NCBI RefSeq assembly: GCF_006345805.1
Contig: NC_043000.1
Location: forward strand, 93,000,001 to 93,064,000
Direction: 5' to 3'
Origin: Octopus sinensis
Taxonomy: Eukaryota
Length of the DNA stretch: 64,000 bases
The translations under genes and the position numbers were made by a program. The notes under the pieces were generated by a model that ran no database searches, was not told the DNA's origin, and saw nothing but the letters and a program-made list of their open reading frames with translations. Of this stretch, positions 52,061-63,919 are shown one piece after another; position 1 is the stretch's first letter, and every line of letters starts with the position of its first letter.

Positions 52061-52850
52061 TGGTGGGGTGATCGACACTAAAGATTATGGAAATAATTTA
52101 CATTAAAGATCTATTCTAGGACCTGAACTTGATGCAACCCTTCTAAAATATTCTCTAAACATAGCTAGTTCATCGGTAGAGAACCTGTTTCAATCCTCTC
52201 AGAATACTTCAGAATTATCAAAATGGGAATTTTAAGTATATGGTCACAGCAAAACTTCTGCAGGAAAATCCATGTAATTGAATGCGAAAATTTACATTTA
52301 AATTACATTTTCAGCTTCTTCGTTAAATTTCGTTCTTATGGCATCTTCATCTCTTTAACCCCCCCCCCCACACACACACACCACAAATTTTTTCTGTCAT
52401 GTTCAGAATGATTGACTTTATGTTGAGGGAAGCTTATATCTGAATTCTTTAGAATGGGATTGAAACTGTTTAATATTTCCGTGTATATTAGAAAGAATGA
52501 ATGTCTAAGTATTTGTTGTTGCCTAGCCCTAGTCCATTTCCAAAACAAAAGCTGATATTCCATCGATGACCTTCCTGTAACATTTTTTTTTTTTTGATGT
52601 GCTGGGAATCCAGAACCACATTGGGTCAAAAGTGATCTTTTTGTTTGCTTAAATGTTGGGATGTGATTTGGGAATGGGAATGTCTTTGTATATATGTATT
52701 TGAGAATGTTTCTTATATGTGTATGCAATTATGTATGTATGTATTTATTTCAAGATTTCTTGCCAATAGAGAAAAAAGCTGGTTTCTAACCTAGATCCAA
52801 GGCTTCTTCACTGGATTTTCAACAACATCAACAGGGTGTTTTTGTATATA

Positions 52851-53082
52851 CAGGGTTGACCAAAAGTCACCTGACAATAAATCAAAACCATTTAATTCCA
52901 AGTTTAAAACAAAAAAATATTTTTTATGAGACTTCACTAATAAATGAACAAATGTTGAAAAAAATTGGCGATTTTAACACACAGCATTCAATCATTAAAC
53001 ATTCATAATTGGAATGAATAAATAAAATTGAATGTTAACATGGAATTTTTATTTACTGTCAGGTGACTTTTGCCCAACCCTG
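52851..53082. mobile_element. Tc1/mariner-type MITE
   Basis: TIRs CAGGGTTG(ACC/GGC)AAAAGTCACCTGACA with TA flanks. Confidence 0.9.
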
Positions 53083-53504
53083 TATGTATATATGCAGATT
53101 TGTATGCTTTGTTTTATGTATATATTCATGTATTCTCATGCTTATACAGTAATCACTCACCATATTGCAGTTCATCTATCGCACCCTCAGTACATTGCGA
53201 ATTTTTTTGACTAATATATGTAAATTTATATCATGGTCTCCTCAGTATATTGAGGGTTTCTGTGGCCGATAGGTATTTATATTTTTCAGATTTTAATTAT
53301 TTCTGTGGTAAAATATGTATTTTCATGCCTAAAAATTATACTGCACTATATAACACATTAATTAAAATATATTAAAAGAAAATACGTAGGGTACCATAGA
53401 TGAGTAAGCAAAGAATTGCAAATACTGTATGGAAAACAAAACTCATGGGGTGAGTGTGTGGTGTTGTTTTGCATTTATAATAAAACAAATATATACAAAT
53501 TATA

Positions 53505-53810
53505 GGAAGGTCATTGCCAGAGCCGCTGGACTGGCTCCTGTACAGGTGGCACATAAAAAGCACCATTTGAGCATGGCCGCTGCCAGTACCGCCTGACTGG
53601 CCCTCATGCTGGTGGTACGTAAAAGCACCCACTACACTCTCGGAGTGGTTGGTGTTAGGAAGGGCATCCAGCTGTAGAAACTCTGCCTGATCAGATTGGA
53701 GTCTGGTGCAGCCATCTGGTTCGCCAGACCTCAGTCAAATCATCCAGCCCATGCTAGCATGGAAAGCAGACGTTAAACGATGATGATGATGATGATGATG
53801 ATGATGATAT
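53505..53810 (+). mobile_element. Family F element with (GAT)n tail
   Basis: Near-identical to 1515-1782. Confidence 0.9.
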
Positions 53811-53990
53811 AAAGATTTTACAGATTTTTACAGTTCCAGTGATGGCTTGGATCTGTAGTCTTTGAATCAGCTTTCTCCTTTCTGGTTTTCAGAAGCCTAA
53901 TTTCTCAAGATTGGTATTTAGGCAGTGTGTTACATATCACAATGCCCCAATAATTACAGATATAAACCTAGCATATATGTATGTATGTAC

Positions 53991-54021
<31 letters not shown>

Positions 54022-54093
54022 TGTATGTATGTATGTATGTATGTATGTATGAGTGTGTGTATGTTTGTATGTATGTCCTGAGTATGACATTAC

Positions 54094-54276
54094 ACTGTAT
54101 TTGATGATGAAGCTACAGTTCAGGAGTTCTGGAGTTTTATTACTGTTACTCCCGTATCTGTTCTGACTCAGAACAGTAGTATCTTTTAGGGTCCCATCTA
54201 TGGGTTGAATAAGTTTCCCAGGAGTAGAGAAGGCTTTCTGTTCGTTTTTGACAAAGCCTTGGAGAAGGTGGCTCTT
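54094..54276 (-). CDS. Candidate 183-bp phase 0-0 exon of an unidentified gene
   Basis: Acceptor GTCTCTTTCTCCTAG, donor AGT|GTAATG, open [34 protein letters not shown]...; no homology recognised. Confidence 0.25.
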
Positions 54277-54699
54277 CTAGGAGAAAGAGACTCTAACATA
54301 AAACTAGCAGTCAAAATAGTACCAATTTTTTTTGCAATATTTGTCTTTGGAACCTGGTACAGCAACCAAGAGACTGACAAAAGTACTGTACAAGCTTTTG
54401 TCATGCTATTGTAAGACAGCTGTCATCTGACATGATGTGGCAATCATCATATATGTATGTATGTACGTATGTATGTATGTATGTATGTATGTATGTATGT
54501 ATGTATGTATGCATGTATGTGGGTGTGGGTGTGTGATTGCATGTGCGATTGTATGCATGTGTGATTGTATGCATGTGTGAATGCATGCATACATCTGTGG
54601 GGGACGTGTATTTATGTATAATTGATAAGTGCCATACCTAAAATTCTCAATCTTTTACTTACTATGTAACTTCTGAGACAAAATTATCCACCATCATTA

Positions 54700-54925
54700 A
54701 TTGGTCTCAAATTTTGATGCAGGGTCAGCAAATTTTTAGAGGAGGGGGAATTTGATTACATTGACACCCCCCTGATCCCCAGTACTTTATCGGTACTTTT
54801 TTTTTTATGAAGTCTGAAAGGATGAAAAGTAATGATGACCTCAGCAGAATTTGAGCTCGGAAAATAAAGACTAACAAAATGCCACTAAGCATTTTGTACA
54901 CTTTACTGACAAATCTGCCAGCTTA
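54700..54925 (-). mobile_element. SINE family B (degenerate)
   Basis: GAAAGGATGAAAAG..GACCTCAGCAGAATTTGAGCTC. Confidence 0.7.
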
Positions 54926-55361
54926 ATGATTTTGTCGTTATTAATTAATAATGCATGTGAAAGTTCAGAAGCAGTTGATATCATTGATTTCGGAAGTATG
55001 GAAACCAAAAGAGAAAAATTATATTTTTACTATACATCTTAATCTGTTATCCTAAAAATACTGAGTTCTTCAATGTAATTAAGCAAAATTTAATCCTGTT
55101 TAAATGTTATCCTATAATGAGGACAATCTGAAAAAAAAAACCAAAGAAATAATAACAAGTAACAAACAAACATTTTTACTGAAGAAGCTTTTATGTATGA
55201 ATGTATATAATATATACACATATGCATGCATGTCTATGTATATATAGATGAATAATGTATATGCATACCCATGTATATAAACATGTATATATATATATAT
55301 ATATATATATAAATTTGTGTATATATACATACATATATATATATGTATATATATATATTAT

Positions 55362-55409
<48 letters not shown>

Positions 55410-55584
55410 ACGCTATCATACGTTAAATTCAACTTGCATTGAAAGTCAACAAAGCTTGCTTTAGAAGTGTTGAGATGTATTGAAAGATATAGATACGGAA
55501 ATAATTTTATTCTCAAATACAGGAAAATGCAAATAATATAGCATGAACGGGATAAACTATTCATATTTTGCAGAAAAATCTGTT

Positions 55585-55659
55585 GATGGCTGTCCATGAG
55601 ACTCAAACACACATCCCTGTGATTACACATCAAGTGCTTTACCATTAAGCTAAACTGAC
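55585..55659 (-). pseudogene. Degenerate tRNA-Thr(UGU)-like sequence (SINE head)
   Basis: Minus strand TAGCTTAATGGTAAAGC D-arm, TGTAA anticodon loop, degraded T-arm GTGTG-TTTGAGT-CTCAT. Confidence 0.55.
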
Positions 55660-55791
55660 CCAACAATAAATTCTTCGGCAAATTTAGGATATAGGAATCT
55701 AGCTTTATAAGGTGCTATCGTATGTTAAATTCAACTTACATTGAAAGTCAACAAAGTTTGCTTTAGAAGTGTTGAGATTTATTGTCGTTGG

Positions 55792-55866
55792 GTAAGTTTA
55801 GCTTAATGGTAAAGCAGTTAACATGTAATCAGAGGAATGTGAGTTTGAGTCTCATGGCTAGCTGCC
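55792..55866 (+). pseudogene. Degenerate tRNA-Thr(UGU)-like sequence (SINE head)
   Basis: D stem GCTT/AAGC, loop CATGTAA, T stem GTGAG/CTCAT; acceptor and anticodon stems imperfect. Confidence 0.6.
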
Positions 55867-56016
55867 AACAGATTTTTCTGCAAAATATGGATAGTTTATC
55901 CTGTTTATTATACTATTAGCATTATCCTGTGCTTGAGAGTAAAATTATTTCCTTATCTGTATCTTTCAATACATCTCAGCGCTTCTAAAGCAAACATATA
56001 TATATATATATATATA

Positions 56017-57090
56017 TTGTTGTATTTGGGGATGGTCATGTTGAAAACACACATGCTATATATTTGGTGTTCACTTGCTTCAGCTTTATTTTATATTGAT
56101 TTTATTTCGGCCAGAGTTCTTTCATCAGACTTCTGTGACCTCATCAGTAGTCCTTTGCTTTCTTCTTTCTTTTTTGTGTCTCTCCTTACTAATGATCTGC
56201 CATTTTTATTCCTGTAGCATGTGTCTTTATTTGCACATGCATATATCCCTGTGTGTCTTTATTTGCACATGTGTATATCCCTGTAAGTGTCTATGTTTAG
56301 TAAGTGTGTGTGTGTGGGAATCTGTATGGTACATGCATTATCAATATTCCCTGTTTATTCACTTTCGTTTGATTTACTTTTATTTTATTCATTTATTTTT
56401 AGCTACTTACTTTTCATTTCTTTCTTTTTTGTATTAATTTAATTTAATTTAATTTGTTAATGTATATAGTTATTTAATTCCATTTATTTATCTGTGTATT
56501 GTATTAGTTTCATATTATTATCAGTTTCTGTAGATCTTATTCTGTCATAGGTTGTGGTGTGTAGGGGATGTGTGTTAGTGTTCCATTCTTGTTTTCTATT
56601 TAGGCTAGATTTATTTTCTATTATGTATGTAGCTTCGGTAATTTGTCTAAGCGTTGTGTCTGTTCTATGTATAGACAAGATTTTAACTTCTATATTGTTT
56701 AGTGAGCCTCTGTGTTCCCACTCAGCATGCTGGTATAGAACTGATGTGCTCTTCTCTTCCTTAAGTTCCCTCCAATACTCATTTACCCGCTCTCCTATGC
56801 TCCATGCTGTCTCCCCTTTGTACATTGTTGTCTTGTTTCTGCACCATCCCTCTGTACATCTTATACTATACACTACATTCCTAACTTTACAGTTTGTTTG
56901 TGGGCTAAATCTACATACAATACAGTTCCTATCAGTACAGAAGGTACTACCAAAAGGTACTAATAGGAACTGTATTGTATGTCAAGTCCTTCCCTGTGGA
57001 CTGCGTGTTGTACCACTGCAGAACTACTGCACATACAGATAGTTCACACCGGCCCTTCCCTGAGAAAAGCTCTGTCCAAGAACAACACCT
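56017..57090 (-). mobile_element. Penelope-like element 3' part (GIY-YIG endonuclease + 3' terminus)
   Basis: CTDRNCIVC..CKVRNVVYSIRC..YKGETAWSIGERVNEY..LRQITEATYI..LNRKQEW. Confidence 0.85.
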
Positions 57091-57094
57091 CTCA

Positions 57095-57560
57095 CTACTT
57101 TTAGGAGTACACATTGTCGAACTGCCCCAGCAATGACACTGAATTGTACCAGAGAACCTATGTTGTATATGAGACCATCTGTAGCATATGTGGTGCATCC
57201 TACATCAGAAGCACAAGAAAATTGCATATATGTATTAAGAAACACATGCAGGCAGACACTTCTGTGAAGAAACAGCTACAGAAATGTCAGACCCGGGAAT
57301 TGACACTGCACATCAAGGCAACATAGTGGAACAGGGACAACCTCATACACCAAAAGAAACCTAAGATCAACAATAGAACAGAGTTACAGGAAGTTAGCTG
57401 GTTGCTATAGCAACACCCTTCTGCACTTATACACTCCACACACACTCACACACACGAACATCAGCAACATTCGTCATTTCTTGAAAATGAAGTCATAACC
57501 TCGAAATATTGAATACAGGGTAAGTTTACATTAATTCACATATTTGTTTTCTTGTGATTT
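57095..57560 (+). mobile_element. Second Penelope-like GIY-YIG fragment, opposite orientation
   Basis: YVVYETICSICGASYIRSTRKLHICIKKH; degenerate hammerhead-like TTGAAAA..ACCTCGAAAT at ~57480-57507. Confidence 0.75.
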
Positions 57561-57646
57561 ACCTTGCATTTACTTCGTATTGTTTTGGCCTTACCCACGA
57601 TCCTTTATACAATATATTCTACACAATGCTTCACAGTAATTGTTCC

Positions 57647-57677
<31 letters not shown>

Positions 57678-57856
57678 CATTTGTGGCAGCTGACAGAGGG
57701 AGTGTTTGTCCAGGATAGGACTACACAGCCACAGCAGGATATATATTAGGACATGAAATGTAAAAGCCAGACTAGATTATTTTATGCGCAACTCCATTGT
57801 CCCCCAAGACAAAAAGTATGCCCACTAACCAATATATACACATATATATACATACA

Positions 57857-57928
<72 letters not shown>

Positions 57929-57977
57929 GTTAGCTCCTACACGCATTTTTTTCTCTCCTTGTTTTTTTTTCTGTGTA

Positions 57978-58015
57978 TCTTTCTGTCGAAGAGCATAGGC
58001 TCGAAACGTAAAAGA
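57978..58015 (+). ncRNA. Minimal hammerhead ribozyme-like motif in a ~185-bp element (57926-58111) inside (TA)n
   Basis: UCUUU CUGuCGA A GAGC auag GCUC GAAAC GUA AAAGA: stem I UCUUU/AAAGA, stem II GAGC/GCUC, palindromic ACGU stem III; A6>U core change. Confidence 0.65.
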
Positions 58016-58236
58016 CTTGTTCTATTTCTATTCCTGAGCACCATACTAATACATTTGTTTGTTTGTACTCCACCTGCCTTCGTCTTTTGTTTATTTTCGT
58101 AACCTTCCCGTTATATATATATATATATATTATATATATATATATATACACATATATATAGATCGTCTTTCAGGAGAAAGAGGCAGTCGTATATCTGTCA
58201 ATAGAATGGGTATATAATCCGAAGTGGCATTATATA

Positions 58237-58294
58237 TATCAATCACAGCTGATCATACCAACTTACTAATTGGTGAGATCAGCTGTGATGGATA
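58237..58294. other. 58-nt hairpin with 8-nt loop
   Basis: ATCACAGCTGATC/GATCAGCTGTGAT perfect 13 bp, extended by ACCAA/TTGGT and TATC/GATA. Confidence 0.85.
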
Positions 58295-59759
58295 AGTAAT
58301 ACTGTACACTTTGGATAACTTATTTTATGCTAAGCTATCAAAGGCAGACGTTCAAATCATTTAAAGTGATCTAAAGTAAAATTCTCCATCAAATATTTCC
58401 TGCTTAATAATGACAAAATTCCTTTACTTAAATTCTTGATAATACAAAGAATTAATTGAAACGAAACCGTGTATTTCAGCAGAAATATGATAACAAAAGT
58501 GTTAAATCATTTGCTTCACACCTTGTGATGAATAAAGACATGATTTACCAATTTGCTACACTGTCTTCCATTGGATATCATTTTAAATATATTCCATGCA
58601 CAGCATGTTGAACAACTGTTCAACACTGTTCAGTGCTCAGGTAATTTCTTTCTTTGAAGAGAAGCCTTAATCTTTGTTGGGTAATATCAGTTACATAATA
58701 CATGTGTTAACTGCAAAAGGTCATCAATTTGTCGAAGTTAAAATATCATAAAGACTTTAAGATGATTTAAACTTGCTTTATATTTGAACATATGTGTCAA
58801 AGTAATGATTTGTTATTGTATCCAAGTTAATTAGGAAACGAAATGCCAGCTGTAGAGGGAATGGTAGACTTTTTTCCTCAGTCTGGTTTGGCATTAACTC
58901 TTTTGATGTCAACCTGCCGAAATTTAATTCTTGTTCTGTAATGTAAACTCTAGTATTTTCAAAGTGATTGCATTTAAATGAAATACTTCCAGTGTATAAA
59001 TACAATGCATGCATGCTACGTGTATGTGTGTGTGTGTGTTTATGTATTTTTGTGCCTCCTTGTTTTGACATTGTAGGCTAGCTGTAAATGAACATCACCT
59101 TCATACATGCAGTGTCATTTGCTTACAATCCTCCATGAAAATATATCTGGTCACAAGGAAACGGGTAAGGGTTGGTGACAGGATGATGCTGATGATGATA
59201 ATGATGATGATGATGATGATGATGATTTCTGTTTCTTATTTTTGACTTTATCTAAACATGGAACTTTCTTGCTAATCATAATCTACAAGTTTATCTATGG
59301 AATCAGGTAATTCTTAAATTTTGGGCTTGAGTGATCAAGAGTCCAAAAGAGAATTAAATCCATTGTCACAGAAATGTATTGTTGCAAATGGAACGAGGAC
59401 GAAATTCTTGGCTTTAATCTCTTATCCATTTTGTTACTGTATTTCTGTTAATATACACAATGGCCTCTGCTTCAATTAATTTCAAAAACAATGAAGAATT
59501 TTGTAGAATAACTTTATCATTAAGCTGTTGTTTAGAACATTAATTAGCATGCAATTTTGAATCAAGCTTCTAATTTGAATAATCTTATTCCTTTTGTTGG
59601 ATGAAATGCACTACATGTGTTTCAATTAATTTTTTTAAATTTGATAACTATGTTATAATTAAACTGGGGTTTCAAACATAAGTTAGCATGAAACTTTGAT
59701 GGAAGATTTTCATTCATATCATTTTAAACAAGTAGTTAGCATTGTAGAATTGAGAGCAG

Positions 59760-59920
59760 ACTCAGGTAAGTTGGAATCAAAATGATTAAGAATTAAATCT
59801 ATATATGAAGAATAATAAAGAAGAATTTCTACAACTCCATCTGCCCTAATTTCTGGCCTCCTAATTCCTTTAATTGTAATAAAGGTATGTTTGAGGAGAT
59901 TAAAGCTATTGTTAAGCATT
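59760..59920 (+). mobile_element. maT/DD37D transposase fragment
   Basis: KNFYNSICPNFWPPNSFNCN..EEIKAIVK. Confidence 0.6.
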
Positions 59921-59999
59921 AATAATCTTAATCTGAAATGTGATTAAAATAAAGATTATAGTTACTCACTTTGTCAAACCCCTTAGATATCATCTCAAC

Positions 60000-60235
60000 A
60001 AGCCCAGTGAGGGCAGGTGCCCTACGTTGGTAACTAGTATGCTCTGTGAAATTGTTGGTACTAGGAAGGGCATCTTGCTGTAGAAACCATATCAAAACAG
60101 ACATTAGACTTGGTGCAGCCCTCTAGCTTGTTGCTTCATGTTGAACTACCCAACCTATAGAGGCATGGAAATTGGGATGCTAAATGATGATGATGCTGCT
60201 GCTACTGTTGATGATGATGATGACTATGATGATGT
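60000..60235 (+). mobile_element. Family F fragment with (GAT)n tail
   Basis: GGAAGGGCATCTTGCTGTAGAAAC. Confidence 0.7.
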
Positions 60236-60279
60236 AATATAATGTCTTATCATTGATCAATCTTCACAACTTAGTACAA

Positions 60280-60825
60280 TCTACATAATATTCTGTTTGT
60301 TCATTTGCCAGTTATACATTAGTCACTTAGAAAGATGGAGGTGGAGTGAGTGAGAGGTAGAGTAAAAGTGAATGAGAGAGGGGGGGGGAAGAAATGAGAG
60401 TAAAGAAGAAAGAAGAGAGGAGTGGAATAATACACTAAGGCCAAATGCATCATGTGATTCATTGAAGGGAGAAGTAAAGGGAGCTAAAAAATTTGGCGAG
60501 AGAAAAGTGGAAGAGAGAAGTGTTAATAACATGCTGTAGGATGTGAAGGAAAGATGAAGAGAAAGAAAGAAATGTTAAAGACAAGAAGAGGGTGAAAAAA
60601 TTTGATGAAGAGTTAGAGAAAAGGAGACAAATATGAAGTGCTTAACAGAGGGAAATTTTAAAATCAGAAGTGAAATAAAATTAGTAAATTAGTAAAATAA
60701 AACTGCAGATCATCCTTTCTGTCTTAAATTTCTCCCCCTCTCTCTCTCACTCACTTTTACTCTACCACTCACTCACTCCACCTCCATCTCTATGTATAAC
60801 CGACGAACAAACAATATTATGTAGA
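60280..60825. repeat. Inverted repeat pair (~60280-60395 / 60728-60825)
   Basis: GATGGAGGTGGAGTGAGTGAG..GTAGAGTAAAAGTGA vs its reverse complement. Confidence 0.85.
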
Positions 60826-60923
60826 CTTCTGTCTTAAATAACTTCTCTTAATCTTTTTCGTTCTGTGGAATTTCTCCCCGGTCCCACTAGTTTATTTAAA
60901 ATCTCCAGTGATAAGAACAAATA

Positions 60924-61826
60924 CAGGGTATTCTGGCTAAATTTGGTGATTTTTTTCTTTTCTGTCTCCTATTTTTGTAAGAAACAGCTTGATGATATAT
61001 TAATATACAGTCAACAGCACTGAAGGGTATAAAGATCAAAGTTGTTGGTGAGAAAAAGGTAGCAGTCATGGAGAACTGGAATAATGGAAAAGAGCTACCT
61101 GTATCATGAGGATTCATTATTGAAATGCCAACATTATGACTGCTGTTCAATGCTCTGAGAAAACTGTAAAGGTTGTAAGACACAATCCATGTTATGTCTC
61201 ATGTATCATGAAAACCAGGTTCCCTCTAATTGTGATGGCCTTAGGTAGGGTCTATAGTGATGGTGGCATCATGTCAACCCACATCTTTGAACAGGGCCTC
61301 AAGGTAAATTCAGACAGCTATGTGAAGCTACTAGAAACTGTGGTCAGTCCCTGGCTGGACAACATTGCTGCCTAAAGGTCATATGTGTGACAGCAGGATT
61401 CAGCTCCTTGCCATACCTCTAGAAAGAGACAGAAGTGGTTGTTGGGGAATTTCTACAACTTCACCCGCTCCAATTTCTGGTTTCCTAATTCCTCTCATTG
61501 TAACCCATGGATTATCGTGTGTGGGGTGCAGTTGAGAAAGACATCAGTTACTCTGCCTGCAACATCAAGGCCGATCTAGAAGCCATGATGAAGGAGGTGT
61601 TCAAAGATCTTCTCAGGGACACAGTGAGGAACACATTTGCCAGCTTCTAGAGTTATCATGAGGCCTTGATGGAAGCCGAGGGCAGCTACTTTGAGTAAAG
61701 AGTTATCTCCCAGTCATAATCTAGTTAATAACTTTTGATTTTTTAAAAAATACTTTCATTTTTGAATGGGATATTGTGTTTTCTTTTCCATTTATGCAAA
61801 TGATCAAATTTAGCTCAAACACACTA
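60924..61826 (+). mobile_element. Internally deleted maT/DD37D transposon with both ends
   Basis: Imperfect TIRs sharing GCTAAATTTG, TA flanks; MKTRFPLIVMALG.VYSDG.IM..HIFEQGLKVN; QQDSAPCHTS; FWFPNSSHCNP. Confidence 0.85.
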
Positions 61827-62229
61827 TAAAACACAGCATGCATTACTTAATAATTTCATTATCTAATTGTATTATTTAAGTAGCCTTAGGTTTAGTCCCA
61901 CTGTGACTCATCTTGAGCCTGTGTTTCTCACTATAGCTCCAGGCTGTCCAATGCATTGTGAGTAAATTTGGCTGACATAAATTGTGAGGAAGCCCATTTT
62001 ATACACACACACACACACATATGTATGTATTTTTGTACATAGCCTGAACACTCTGTATGTATATATATTTATGTGAGGTGGGACTGAAAGCTCCTGACTT
62101 TAAGAGTATTGCAAAAGGCTCGATAGGAGGCCCAAAATTTGAAATCATTATTATATAAAAATTCACAGTTTATTTTACTGGGTATGATGGAAAGTGTCAG
62201 CTTCCCACAGCCATCAGACTATGGTGACA

Positions 62230-63285
62230 CTTGTTCACTGGTCATGCTTCAAGAACCCTGCAAAGAATTCTTGTAATTCCAAGCAAAGCTGATCTTTCTA
62301 TGCGTCCTACTTTCACACTTGCACCAGTCTTTTCCAGCGATGTTGGTACATGAGTGCTGATACTTCCAAGTGCACCAATTACCATTGGTATCATCTCTAC
62401 TCTCCTCATTGACCACAACCTTTGTATTTCCCACTTTAAATCATCATTGTTTATTTTTTCTTCTGTTACATTGATGCTGTTGTCACTGGGACATGCTATG
62501 TCGATGATCATACATGTTCTTTCTTTTTTATTCACCGCAACAATGTCCCATTTCCGATGTCTGGTCAGGTGATTGCACTGGGTCATTGCATCCCACAGGA
62601 TTTTGCAATTCTCATTTTCAGTGACTCTTTCTGGAGTTTGCTCATACCATGTTTTTGCTCTTTGTAGGCCGTGCTTTCCACAGAGCTCCCAATGGATCAT
62701 TCTTGCCACATTGTCATGGCATCTTTTGTATTTGAATTATGCTAATTTCAGGCATTCACTAATGATGTGCTATACCACTTCAACTCTCTCACCACACATT
62801 CTGCATTTGTCGCTATCGGTAGTGTTGTCTATTCCACACTTCATATAATTGTTCCTTAATGCTTGTTCCTGAGCTGTGCATATGAGTGCTTCTGTCTCTA
62901 TCTTCAGGTCACAACCTCCTCATCCATAGCCACCGGTCCTCTGTATCTGTCTTGGTGTTCACATCTCTTGCAAACTGACCGTACATTATCCTTTCATTCC
63001 ATGCTTTTTCTTTTTTTTTTGTTCATTTCTTATTTAAATTTTTCTTTACTCATGCAATTTTCAGTTTTGATGATGCCGGCCTTCTTCGTGTGTTTCAACA
63101 GCGACTCCACAGTATTTTTTATATACCACCCTAAGCCATTTTCCTCTGCTTCGATACAGTCCTGGTAACTGATAAAACCTCTCCCACTCCTTCTTTTGGA
63201 CAAGTACAGTCTATTATTTTTTCAAATTTTCTTCCATTTCTCACCAAGTATTTTCTGTACACCTAGGGCAGAGAAGCTCATTGTA
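62230..63285 (-). mobile_element. Dong/R4-like LINE, 5'-truncated
   Basis: KCRMCGERVE..HIISEC; ARMIHWELCGKHGL; KILWD; CMIIDIACP; IPMVIGALG; SALLGITRILCRVL. Confidence 0.9.
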
Positions 63286-63289
63286 TGCA

Positions 63290-63700
63290 TTCCTAGATTA
63301 CACACGCAAATTCACAGGTAAAATCTGTATTTAAAAAAATTAATAAACAAATAAATTCATGAATGGATGTTGTTTTCACAGCGATAATGCTCTTCTCAGT
63401 ACATGAGTCAGCCCAGTTAACACAATTTTTTGCACTTCCTGTAGGGATGGTAAGCCTGGTATCATTTTCAAATAGGTTTCAGTACCTTTTTTTATTATTC
63501 CTAGAGATCCTACAATCATTAGTACTGTAGTGGCCTTGAGATGTCATATTTTTCAATTTCTATTAGCAAGTCTTTATATTTACTGATCTTGTCAAATTCT
63601 TTCGCTGCTATATTGTGATCGCAAGGAACACTCATGTCAATAAACACACCTTTTTTGTCTGATCTTTTATAATAATATCCGGTTTATTAGCTTTTATTCA
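63290..63700 (-). mobile_element. Second Dong/R4-like 3' fragment next to (TAA)n
   Basis: IKANKPDIIIKDQ; FIDMSVPCDHNIAAKEFDKISKYKDLLIEIEK. Confidence 0.85.
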
Positions 63701-63764
63701 TTATTATTAAAAGCTAATAAAATTATTATAAAAGCTAATAAAATTATTATAAAAGCTAATAAAC

Positions 63765-63767
63765 CGA

Positions 63768-63839
<72 letters not shown>

Positions 63840-63844
63840 CATCA

Positions 63845-63918
<74 letters not shown>
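63765..63918. repeat. (TTA)n microsatellite
   Basis: Direct inspection. Confidence 0.95.
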
Positions 63919-63919
63919 T

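Noticed and set aside
52110-52229. GPELDATLLKYSLN...WEF* frame
   Set aside because: Short, unrecognised, weak acceptor.
55792-55866. Functional tRNA-Thr gene
   Set aside because: Anticodon and acceptor stems are disrupted and the B box is mutated; kept only as a pseudogene/SINE head.
58241-58262. miR-2 family identity (AUCACAG seed)
   Set aside because: The seed lies on the 5' arm whereas miR-2 matures from the 3' arm, and the rest does not match.
58778-59071. 97-aa minus-strand ORF
   Set aside because: Starts in a SINE/microsatellite relic; no strong splice pair or known motif.
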